DNA of 64,000 nucleotides. Source: Mytilus trossulus. Taxonomy: Eukaryota. The position numbers were made by a program, and so were the translations under genes. Below the pieces are notes generated by a model that saw only the letters and a program-made list of their open reading frames with translations, ran no database searches and was not told the origin of the DNA. The DNA is taken from contig NC_086377.1 in assembly GCF_036588685.1 (NCBI RefSeq), positions 25,296,001-25,360,000 of the forward strand, in the 5' to 3' direction. Position 1 is the stretch's first letter, and every line of letters starts with the position of its first letter. Shown in pieces: positions 52,670 through 64,000 of this stretch.

Positions 52670-55600
52670 ATGTTTTTCTTAGGATTTATTTATTTTGTGC
52701 TATTGTCGAGTGTAAAATCAAGAAATGTCGGTGATGATATGATAGAAACCCCAATGGTCGATAACCAAAATGCCCCTTTACGTGCTATGTTTGACATGAC
52801 AAATGTTAACGAACGCATCAAGGCATACATATCAGAGTCTTTTGATAGTAAAATGTCACACTTGGTTAATATGAAACTAGAAGAGGTTTTGTTGGCATCA
52901 AAAATAGACGAGGACTTGAAGCAGCACATTGAAAAGTTGAAGGACAATTTAACACTGAAATTTGAAAATGAAATAAAAGGATATATTGATGGCGTGCACC
53001 AGAATTTGACCGATACTTTATCTGAAGGTAACTACATTGTTTTATTCCCTTAAGAGTGATCCTTTTTATGAAACTAGTATTCCCTTCTTTTTTTTTTGGG
53101 GGGGGGGGGGGGGGGTTTCTATCTTTCTGGGGAAGTTATCTTATAGACTATGTTTTAAAAGCCAAAAAATAAATAATGACATGTAGAAAGGAGCCAGGAC
53201 AATTCAGCATGAAAGCAAGTTTTAAATCTTATAGTTTAAGTAAAAATATAGCACCACCACGATGTGTGCCTAGCACAATGCATACACTTAAAATAAAGTT
53301 ATCTGTCGAACAAATCGCTTCATCACAATCGACGTTTAAAACTGAAACTTCATGTACATTTTCATAGATTTGTTCATATTTTTTTTATTTTAGTTTAGAT
53401 ATTGCTGGCTTTACATCACTTAATTTCATTTTTTCTTGTATTACTCTTAAGGTATTTTTATTATTATTATCATTAAAATTTAATATATTTATTATTTTTA
53501 TTTTTATTTTCATTATTATTAATATTACTATTAGTATTATCATCATCATTATTGTTATTTTATCATTATTATTATCATTATTAATATTACCATTATTATT
53601 GTTATTTATATTATTATGATTATCAATATCATGCAAAATGCAATCAACTGATATATAACAAAAGAATCGAAAATAGAATTATTACTGATTGAATTCTTTG
53701 AAAATAGATGAATATTTGTATGGAAATCATATAAAAAGAAAACTGTTATAAAATTCATTTTTAAATGCAAAGACTGTTCGAAAAGATTTTGTGTGATAAA
53801 TCCATGCATTTATATTTCAATGCTATACAACTATCATATGTTGACCTAGGCCTACACAGTATTATTATATAACGAATTTTGATTTTATTCTCCGGACTGC
53901 TATCCAATCTTTTTCCAAGTTGATATCGAAACGGCAACACGATAATTTTGATGTTTTGTGATAATATTTTTTAAAATAGAACACCACGTTATATTATGGG
54001 TACCGTAAAACACCTAAAAACGGTTATAGGTATATTTTTTTTCAGACAATTCTATGTATTTGAAATCGACTTTTGATAATATTAAGACACATTTAAGAAC
54101 ATTTTAATCCGATTGTAGCTACTTCACAACAAATGTTAAAATATAATGGAAAACTTGAGTCAGAAATATTTCAAATAATTAAAGAGACAAGTGTTTTTTG
54201 TTCGGTTTTTAGTTATTTTGTAAGCAAACTTGATAAAATCTTCATCAAAATCTGTGACTTAGTCCTTTTTCCGTACCTTGATCTAAATGACTATGCGGTG
54301 TGGGCTTTTTTATGCTGATTGTTGAAGGGTGTACGGTGACCTATGGTTGTTAATGTCTGTGTCATTTTGGTCTCTTGTGGACAGGTGTCTTATTGGCAAT
54401 CATACCACATCTTCTTTAATATATTATATACATTTTATAAAGTGTAATTATAAAACATAATTATATTTCAGATATACACATGATAACAAATGTTTATTAT
54501 GTTCATTCTTGAAATACTATTAATATAGTATGCTTTGTCTTTTGATAGTACTATTGAGTCTATGATTATAACATAACATTTTATATTTTTATCAATATTT
54601 TTTCAGAGTTGAACTCCTTTAAGAAATCACTGCAAGAAAGTAAAACAACCACCAAGGACCAAAATAAGGCAGATGGCAAGTCAATTCTTGATATGAAATC
54701 TTATAGTTCTCCAATGTTTTACGTTGTTAATATTTTTGTTTGAAAGAATTGTCCTACAAAGAGTAGTGGATTCGGGTGAGATCGTGTTTTGCAAGATTAA
54801 AACATTTTTTGCATGAAATTATCATAACATTTTCGTCTTGTTATTTTTGACGTCATGTACAGTGACGCCATTCTGTTTGAACCCCGGATCAACTTCTGCC
54901 ATTGATAATTCATTAGATTTAACTCGTATTTAGAACACTGTTTGTCAACTCAACGTGTAATAGAAGAAATTTTCATAGGTTAATTTGTATTTCAAATAGA
55001 GTGAGTTTGTTTCAATCTGTATCACAAACACTTATTCCAGGCGACGAACCACCGAACACATGCGGAGGAGTATTAGATGGTTGTGAGGATTTGAAAGGAA
55101 CAATCTGTGGAAATGGTATGTACAGTCTTAAACCAAAAAGTTTACCACAGTTTCGAGGGTACTGTAATATGTGTTATGCTGGTGGAGGCTGGACCGTAAG
55201 TTTTTGAGTCTTAAGTTGAAACGTTATAAATAAAACTCATTAAAGATACCGAGACTAAAGTTTGTATTTACGCCAGACGACGCGCGTTTCGTCTACAAAA
55301 GACTGATCAGTAACGCTCAGATCCAAAAGTTATAAAGCTAAACAAGTACAAAGTTGAAGAGCATTGAGGACCCAAAATTCCAAAAGGTTGTGCCAACAAA
55401 GGCTAATGTAGACTATTCCTGGGATAAGAAAATCCTTAGTTTTATTGAAAAATTCAAAGTTTGGAACAGAAAATTTATAAAAATGACCATATACATGTTA
55501 TAGACATTCCTGATTTCTGTTGCCATTTAGCCTTTCTTTATCGGCGAGAGAAAAATACTTCTCTTCACTTCAACTAGTGAAATATCAGTTCTCTACAAAT

Positions 55601-58600
55601 GAATTTTCTCAATTTAATTATAAATTCAAATGTTGTTAGTTTCTTCTCAATTTCCTATTGTGGTGTCATGAAAAAATGTTACCATGCCTGATGACGTCAC
55701 ATAAGAATAAAACACCTTTCTGCAAGCCTTTAAAAAGGAAGTATTAAACCCACTAGAGAAATAGAATCCACAACAATGACTCGTGCAATACGATATTTAG
55801 AAACTCTCTAAAGCTTCATATGTGTTAATTAAAATCTCAGCAAGCCTCGTACTTTAAATATCAAAATTTAACTGTCTCGAGTGGATACAAAATCGCAACA
55901 CTCGTTTCATTTTGAGTTCTATAGTTGTATTGTTATTAATAATATTTAATATAATACGTATTATTGTATGTGTATTCAGAGTAATGTATTTGTAGGAGGC
56001 AGGTTTTTTTTAGAACACCCGAAATCGATATATATTATAAATACCTTGCTTGAATTGTTCAATTTATAATTGCTCATAACAGCAATACAGCAAATAAATA
56101 CGGTTATGCAAATTGGTACCTTATAGAAAATCAATTTATGATACAAAATGTGTACGCGCACATTTAAAACAAAAATGCAATTTAAACAGTGATTAAAAAA
56201 ATACCGCTTTTCTTGCTGTGTGTCGATTAAGGGAATGCGATAAATACACGCTATATACATGATATATGTTTTACCAAAACAATTCAAATACGTAATCACT
56301 ATGTACATATACCTTCATGTGCTGCTTTTAAAAATTATATAGGCTCACATGTTTTTAACCTTTACTCAAAATTGTGGTTTCCAGGACATTTTTATTAACG
56401 TACCCAACAGTCTGCTAAGCTTAAATTATATTTGTTAGGCTAAATATTTGCACAGAGATACTAATATCCGAAGAGGATAATATGAAACCGTGATGGCAAA
56501 TGTTTCAGCTTTATAGGGATGTACTTGGTTAAGGTTTCAGAATTTGTGTCAAATGTTCGGCCTCTGGTGTTTTTCCATACGATACAAGGTAAATATTTTC
56601 CCCGATGACACCCATTCATTATTTTTATATAATAAATATTGGAAGATGTGGTATAAATGCCAATGAAACAACTCTCCGCCACAGTAACAATTTATAAAAG
56701 TAAGCCATTAAAGGTCAAGGTATAGAAGTCGACTATAACAAATAACATGATAATACCATATTTATGTCTTTGAAGGTTATACAAAGACGACAAAATGGAA
56801 ATACAAATTTCTATCGAGGATGGCAAGACTATAGAAATGGTTTTGGTGACCAAACAGAAGAATTCTGGTTAGGTATATATTTGTACAACAAATGGAAGTT
56901 TTTAACGACCTTGACTGGCTATACAGCCCTTGCACGGTCGGTATATATTTGTTACCGCTAATGCTGACACTTATATCGATGATCATCTCAACGAGATTGA
57001 TTTTCTCGCTTGAGCCGGTACGACGGAAGTGAGAAAAGCAATTGAGTTGAGAGGACCAATGATAATTAGTTTATAGCTATTTTACATATGACGACGTTGT
57101 CAATTGCATGTCAATTTCATTGACAAAGCCATGATCCGCCTTTGTTTCTGGCGATAATTTTCATTTCACTCGACTCCGCTGAGAAAGAAAATTATCAGTC
57201 AGAAAGATCAAAGGAACATTTCGTAAAATAGCGATAAAAACAAACAATTAAGCGTTACATTATTTTTAAAAAAAATTTAGATTAGATATTAAAAGTAATT
57301 GATTACTAAATCAAAACAGTTTGCAAGGAGCATTTTTATCATTTACAGACTTTAGTACTTTAGTTAATTATAAAACGATTAAAACAATATTATTTTTTTG
57401 TAAAGCTTGTAATATTTTATTCAAATTTATTCTAGGTAATGAGAAGATTCACAAACTAACGACAGGAGAGAGATATCAGCTACGAATTGAACTACAAGAT
57501 TGGAATAATGAGACAAAATATGCTGCATATACTACTTTCAATTTGGGAAACGAAGCATCAGGTTATAAACTAACAATCGGAGGTTACAGTGGTACTGCAG
57601 GTGTGTAGGGAATTCATGGACAAATTATGACGTATATATCATGTTTTTTTTATGCAACTGTCATATAAGGTAGAGGTTTAGCTAGCTATAAAACCAGTTT
57701 AATTCCACATTTTTCTTCATTAGAAAATGCCTATATCAACCCAGGATAATGAGAGTGGTTATTTAATTGTTTGATGTATTTGAGCTTTTTATTTTTTCAC
57801 TTGATAAGGAACTTTCAGTTTTGAATTTTCCTCAAAGTGAAGTATTTGTGGGATTTTACTTTTTCCAATATTTCAACTGGTCATTTACTTAAACACATCA
57901 TTATATTAGGTAGCATATATTTCTGTGCTATTTATGTTTTCGAATCTATGATTTTAAATAAGGCATCTGCTTAAATTTTAGTGTGTCGTCTTTTCAATCA
58001 AAAGATAGAATTACATAATTATTATCTATTGAATGAATGAATGAATGAATGAATACTTTATTGCAAAAAGCATACATATGCTATAGCAACGGAAAAACAT
58101 ACTTACAACATGACAAATGATAAGAGATCAATACATATATTTTTTTTATAAGAAAGCAAATAACAATAAGTAACAGTATTTGATCTGATTGACCACGTAG
58201 ATTTTATATAGTTTTACAATTTTGTAATATGTAAAACAGACTTTAATTTAAATAGATGCTGTAATTTAGTACGGTTTTGCCAAGAACAATAGAATTTTAG
58301 CAAATATTTAGGCATAATTGGTCTATAGGCAGGGCATACTAATAAAAACACATTGCATATTACAACATTTACATAAACGTAATTCTCCAGCCATACCAGT
58401 ATATTTCCTGGTTCAAAGTTCAGTTTTAGTGTACCACTTCGCAATTTAGTTAAAAAGTGTGAATTATAACAGCAATCTAAATAATGTTCAATCCTAAATT
58501 CTAACCTTATATCCTTATAAATACTAAATATTGTGTACAGTATGATTTGTAATATAAACTTTCTTAATAAATATTGCAATGGTTCGACTGTCCCGCTTTA

Positions 58601-59531
58601 GTTAGTCGTTTCTCTAGCGTCACGAGTATGTCGTTTTATCAAGAACTTCTGTTTGTCTTGAAACTGTGTATTAACTTTTATTGTTGAGTTAATACTATCA
58701 AGTGACTCACTGAAGTATTTTGCTGAACAGTTTACACCCGTCATGCTGTTTGTGGTAAATAATATTCAATGATGTAAAAAAAAAAAGAAACAATAACCCG
58801 AAAGTTTGTTTACGACCAAAGGAACACATCCGTTGTCGTCTTACCTTGCGACACAAGTAAACCAACTTGTGATGGTTTTAGTTTACATTGCGAAGAGATG
58901 ACTTCAACTTTGTAACTTAGACTTGGTTCAATAATTCATTTTGTGGTAAACATTTGTTCATTGTCTAACGTTAGGCAAAATAAGACTTATAGCATCTTTT
59001 CATTCTTCCTTGGAAGCTCATGTAAGACCATGTATGTACCTCATATGAATAAACGAAACATGGTTTACAGACATCATCATTAGGATGGAACGTTACAGAA
59101 ATGCTGTGTCCCAAAATTTGTAATGACTACATGTATTATCAACATAATTGGTGTCACATGTTTGGTAGAATGAGAACTTTATGAACGGATTTTGTTTAAT
59201 GCTTAAATTACTCGTAATTATATTTATTTACTAACTTAACTTTGTTCTCGCATTTGCATTGTCATATTATCAGATGTGTGTTTATTTTGTAGGAGATTCT
59301 ATGATATACAACAATGGTGCAACATTCAGTACAAAAGATAAAGGCAATACTTGTGCAAAATCAACCTTTGGGGCTTGGTGGTACAAAAGCTGCACATACT
59401 CCAATCTGAATGGGGAGTATCTTCGCGGGAAGACACCTGGACTTGATGCACATAGAGGTGTTTATTGGAACTACTGGACAGGACCTAACTATTCACTTAA
59501 AAAATCTGAAATAATGATCCGAAAAATTTAG
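52670..59531 (+). CDS. Secreted fibrinogen-related protein (signal peptide, coiled coil, FReD), ~360 aa
   Basis: Exons: 52670-53027 ([17 protein letters not shown] plus coiled coil), 54607-54675, 55041-55195 (..[12 protein letters not shown]), 56776-56872 ([29 protein letters not shown]), 57436-57600 ([31 protein letters not shown]), 59293-59531 ([38 protein letters not shown]). All phases compatible. Confidence 0.93.
53450..53630. repeat. Degenerate (ATT)n/(ATC)n microsatellite region
   Basis: Long run of ATT/ATC triplets in FReD intron 1. Confidence 0.8.
56985..57235. mobile_element. Foldback MITE-like element in FReD intron
   Basis: Hairpin TCTCAAC..TTTTCTCGCTT / AAGTGAGAAAA..GTTGAGA, plus an inverted pair TATAGCTATTTTAC / GTAAAATAGCGATA. 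Confidence 0.5.
58030..58580 (-). mobile_element. LINE 3'-end fragment (L2/CR1 group) with (TTCA)n tail
   Basis: [12 protein letters not shown]..., [15 protein letters not shown]. On the minus strand, AATAAA is followed directly by ~6 ATTC repeats (58054-58030). Confidence 0.75.
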
Positions 59532-59786
59532 GTAAGCCTATTGAAAGCTTTTTATTGTTTTCTTAATGAAGGTGGAAAATATTTCATATATATTCAGGAG
59601 GAGAAATCACACATTAACAAAAATAAAAAAAAACAACATAAAATTATTTTGCTTTTCAAATTTAAAATGTAAAATACGTTTTAAAATCCTCATGATAAGG
59701 TTCCACGAACGTCTCGTACTTATACACCCTCCAAAGAAAACTCTAAGTCATAAATGTGAAAGGGGATACAACCTTTTGTCACTGGA

Positions 59787-60065
59787 TAACGACTCAGGTG
59801 GATTTTGCTTTGTAAACCCGTCAACAGTGGGCGTGGGCACCGGTTGGTCAAATTTTCTAGCTTGTCTACTCTGCCCATCCTTAGGAGTGGGCATGCAATT
59901 TCTTTTGTCTAATCAAAAGCCGTGCAAGTACAATCAATTAAAAAAGCAGATAAGCATTAGTAATCAATATTTTTACCAAAAAAAAAGAGATTATAGCTGG
60001 AGTGGGCACGGTTGGCAGTCCACAGTGGGCCGGTGGAAAAAGCAAAATCCATCCGGGCTGTTGTG
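59787..60065. mobile_element. TA-flanked MITE, copy 2 (family of 12652-12922)
   Basis: Colinear with 12652-12922. Right TIR intact, left TIR eroded. Confidence 0.85.
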
Positions 60066-61156
60066 TATATCTAGATTTGTTATTATTTGGTTTAAAATCT
60101 TATTTTTGATATATCAAGTTTCACCGTTTTTTACATTGCTTAAACTAGTTATTTCACTAAAATCACCTACAATTATCAAGAAAAAAAATCTGATACTCAT
60201 ATCATTTCTAGCCGAGTTATTTTAACCGTAACATAACATTTATAATGCACCTATCTGTTTTTGGCATCAACAGTTTCCAATAATATAGCTTACTTTTAAT
60301 CGAACAGAAAATCATAACAAGTCATACCCATATTACCGCCATCTATGATACGATATTCCAGAGCTTGCATTTACTTCCATGTTATTTTTTTTATAGAGGC
60401 TTGCTGATATAAAGAACGTTTCGTCATTTTCAAAAAAGGAAGATACCAAGACTGTCACAGTGATTATCTGCACAAACAATACACGATGATCTTGTAATAT
60501 TGTTTAAAGTGTTATTGTATCCTGTTATATGTCTTGATAAATATTGCTTTCACTGTTTAGTCGGTTTTTGGTGGTTTTTATTCAACGTGGCATTTTCTTC
60601 TACATCCCGTTATTGTTATAAGATATTTTTGTCTCTCATTTTTGCTAATATGTCTTTTTGTATTTCTGTGTTTCATATAATGATAGATCTTGATCGATAA
60701 ATGATATCAAATTTAGATAAGAAAAAGTTATAGTTATTTAAATATTGAACAGGGTAGACACCGTTAATTACCTTTTGAAAAAAGATTATGTCCCCTCTAT
60801 AAAATGGAGGTAAAAGATGAATAATTTTGCTTTAAAATGCCAAATTATAAAAGAATGTCGGCAAATTTTTTTTCAGGAAGTAGAGAGTATAGTCAACATG
60901 TCATCAAATTGTCTGATGAGGGAAAAATTGCATTTATAATAAATAAAATTGAGAAGGGAAATGGGGAATGTGTCAAAGAGACAACAACCCAACCAAAGAA
61001 AAATAATGTTTACATTAAATAAGTAATATGTAACTTAAATTATTTTCAAGGGAGTTAATAATTTATATGTTTTAAGAAATAGCCTAACTTATAAGAAAAA
61101 CTAGGCAACGTAACAAAGTTAAGAATGTTTTATATTTTTCTTATAATATTTGTTTT

Positions 61157-62892
61157 ATATATATATATATATTTTATTTAGAAAACTACCCCTTTACATC
61201 GGGGCACCAGTCATCAGGGTAGAAGTGATGGTGCGTCTATACTATATTATTTACAATTATATACATTATAGTTAATGGTTTCATTCTAAAATGTCTTTGA
61301 AACAATAACATACATGGCACATTAATAAGACAAAAATAGAGATTTCTAAAATACTAGTACATAATCATAATAAAAAAGACAATTTATAGAATGTTAAAAT
61401 ATACATGTAATTTAAAACACTCATAGACAAATATGACCATGCAGCATGTATAACCCATAAAAACTAAGATCAATATATAATAGTACATACGAGTAAGTAA
61501 CTCAAAGGTTATTTTGGTTCAACCATAGTTTGACGTAATCTAAATAATTCTAAGAGATACATTCTTCCATAAACATCATAAAATGAACCAATTTCATCGT
61601 TAAAAGCATAACCAATATCGCCAACTAAAAATAATACTTGTGCACGTGGCGACAGTTCCAGAAAACTTACATTTCTATTATTAAAAGAGGCAAATAAGGT
61701 GAAAAATTTAGACCTGGTTTGTTCAAGAGATGTACACCCGAGCAGAAAATGTTCTAAATCTTCTGACTCCCCTGAATCACAAATAGGACAAAGGTTGTCT
61801 TCGGACATATGCATTCTAAAAAGAAACTGCTTTAATGGCAAATAATTTGTTCTTGCGAGCAGTTTAAGACGAGATGAATTAAAATCGTTTATGTCCTCTA
61901 AGTATAACTGGCTACCTGTCTTAATATAGCAGTGCTGATACAAATCAAGGCTACTTTTAGTAGTAACATCAATAATTAAACTTTCCCTTATTGCATTACC
62001 ATACTGACAGTTGAAATTATCAGACCCAATACTTTCCGTGTAGGTGTTCATCTCTTGAACATATTTCCAGACACTTTCGTTTAACTGAACCATTTCACTA
62101 AAGACTCGCTTGCACAGTCTATCGTCTGGTAGGTTAGTGAACCTTTTAAAGTACGCAACTTTTTGGCGGGTGATAAATGCAGATACGGGTTCCCATCCAA
62201 GCTCGAGAAGGAGAGCGGAACGGGGAATATTCATTTTAGTGTTCATAATGATTTTAGCTGCGCGGTATTGCCAACTATCGATGATCGATATATTTGTAGC
62301 TGAAAGTGGCATCCAGACAGCGCATGCGTGTGTTAAAGAAGGCCGGAGCACTGAGTTCCAAAGGGCGTCTCCAAATTTTACACGGTTAAAACTTCCATGC
62401 TCACCGAGAACACGTAACAAATAGTTCAGCATATTATCCATCTTATCTTTCAAATAGTTATTAACATGGAAATTTGACTTTAGTGATCTATTTATGTAGT
62501 AACCGAGGTATTTATATTCGTTCACTTCCTCGATCTTTACATCACCAAGAGACCAGACTCGATCCGGATTCAACCGCTTCCCAACCACTAGAACTTTAGA
62601 TTTCTTATGATTAAATTTCAAGTTCCATTTAGTTGCGAAATCGTGTGAAATCCGAAGTAACGTCTGTAAGTCTTCTGGCGATTTGGCAACAAGTACAACA
62701 TCATCTGCAAATAGGAGACAATTTATAAGTTGTTGCGAAAGATCAAAACCTACACCGCTTCCATTAAGCATATCAACTAAGTCATTCATGAGCACAGAGA
62801 ATAAAGTGGGTGATAATACACAGCCTTGTTTGACACCATATTCCTGTTCAAACCAGGTAGATTCAATGTCACCAAATAGTACCTTATTTTCT
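61157..62892 (-). mobile_element. 5'-truncated young LINE (RT C-terminal half plus CCHC), L2/RTE-X-like
   Basis: Uninterrupted frame GVKQGCVLSPTLFS..LLFADDVVL..NHKKSKVL..EYKYLG..CPICDSGESEDLEHFLLGC to stop at 61509. 3' UTR ends with a CTACCC/GGGTAG stem, AATAAA and (TA)n at 61157-61171. Confidence 0.92.
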
Positions 62893-64000
62893 ACTTATTT
62901 CTTTCTTATTTTGTTTTGATATATTTTATAACAATTGCATTATGAAGGTTGTTACTTGTACTTTCAAATTTGCAAAAATATCACCTCTTTCAAAACATTT
63001 ACATATAGCTATAGTCTTACATGTATATAATATTAATGCTGTTTAAATTTCAATATTGTATGTTTGTGATGATTGTCATGTTTGTCTTGGTAACAATCCA
63101 ATATTTGGATTTTACACCAATGAAATGATTTGATTTGATTTATAATGTGTCCTGAACTGATATATCCCTTCACTGTTTGTTTGTTCCATGACAATTTTTG
63201 TATTCTTACGTTTCCGAAAATTTTATAGTACAAGAACCAGTAAAAGGCTTGTTGTATTATTATCGCAAAAATGTGAATTGTTTATTTTTTTTTTCTTTGC
63301 TTTTGATTTAACGGAATATGCACCGTACGATAGTTTACGTACAGGCAAAACAGAAAGGAGGGATTATAAGCTTTCAAATATTATTCAATACTGCCGTGTT
63401 CTAGATCTATGGGGGCATTAAAGTTCTTAATAAAGAATCTTTTCGAAAAACGTCACAGTACCCAATATGCACCTATTTAGAAAAAAATTAAAATATAAAT
63501 AATTACTCGGTTTTTTTTCAGAGACAAAACCGTCCAATATACCATAACAAAAGTATATTAAATTGTGAAAGCACAACCATAGTACTTTACGACAAAGGCA
63601 CTTTAGTAATCTTTATTTTTGGACAATATTTATCTTGAAACCAAAGACATGCATTAAAATGAAAAAATGTATGTTTATGTGTTTGCTTTAATTATACATA
63701 GTAACCAATGTGTGTTCTTTTCTTGCAATTAGTATACTTGTTATAAAACATGTTTATGTGTTTTCAAACGCTAAATATGAAAGGAGTACTATCTTAAAAC
63801 TCATCAAATATATACAGAGTAGCCACGTTCTTTTATTTTCGTGCAACTAGAGTACAATAAATAATTATATCGAATTGTGGTAAAACTCTAAAATTTACAA
63901 AGTAGATTTAAGCAAATATAGATCACTGGCCGACCTTTAGCAATTATGCTAAAATTCTATACCGTATACATGTAGCAATGTTTAGGGATGTTCGCTATTC

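Noticed and set aside
53088-53115. T-run/G-run (and C-run/A-run at ~32298-32322) as a functional G-quadruplex
   Set aside because: Simple homopolymers of unreliable length with no supporting context.
53385-53636. Asn/Ile-rich ORF
   Set aside because: Translation of a degenerate (ATT)n microsatellite.
59566-60225. 219-aa ORF downstream of the FReD gene (and similar 12694-12927)
   Set aside because: It runs through a MITE copy, and the similarity between the two ORFs is just the shared element. No domain or splice support.

Overview
AT-rich eukaryotic genomic DNA with spliced genes. The gene and repeat content points to a bivalve mollusc, most like Mytilus; this is an inference, not a database match. 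Most ORFs in the supplied track are spurious. Genes from left to right: (1) the last five coding exons of Rab8 (+, C-terminal CTIL); (2) a disrupted RING-less B-box/coiled-coil/NHL (TRIM-like) copy, a decayed VMO1 last exon, an intact 560-aa TRIM-like paralog and an intact 3-exon VMO1 gene (all -), together forming a tandem duplication; (3) two convergent genes built only of LDL-receptor class A modules (5 modules on +; signal peptide plus 3 modules on -), with no transmembrane segment seen; (4) a 6-exon secreted fibrinogen-related protein (+) with a shortened Ca2+ loop. Between and inside these are many non-autonomous transposons (TTAA-flanked Kolobok-like, TA-flanked MITEs, hAT-like, Helentron/HINE-like elements with satellite cores, several nested) and four LINE fragments. 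No prokaryote-type system is present. The best candidate for something undescribed is the pair of LDLa-only proteins within a block of probable innate-immune genes.
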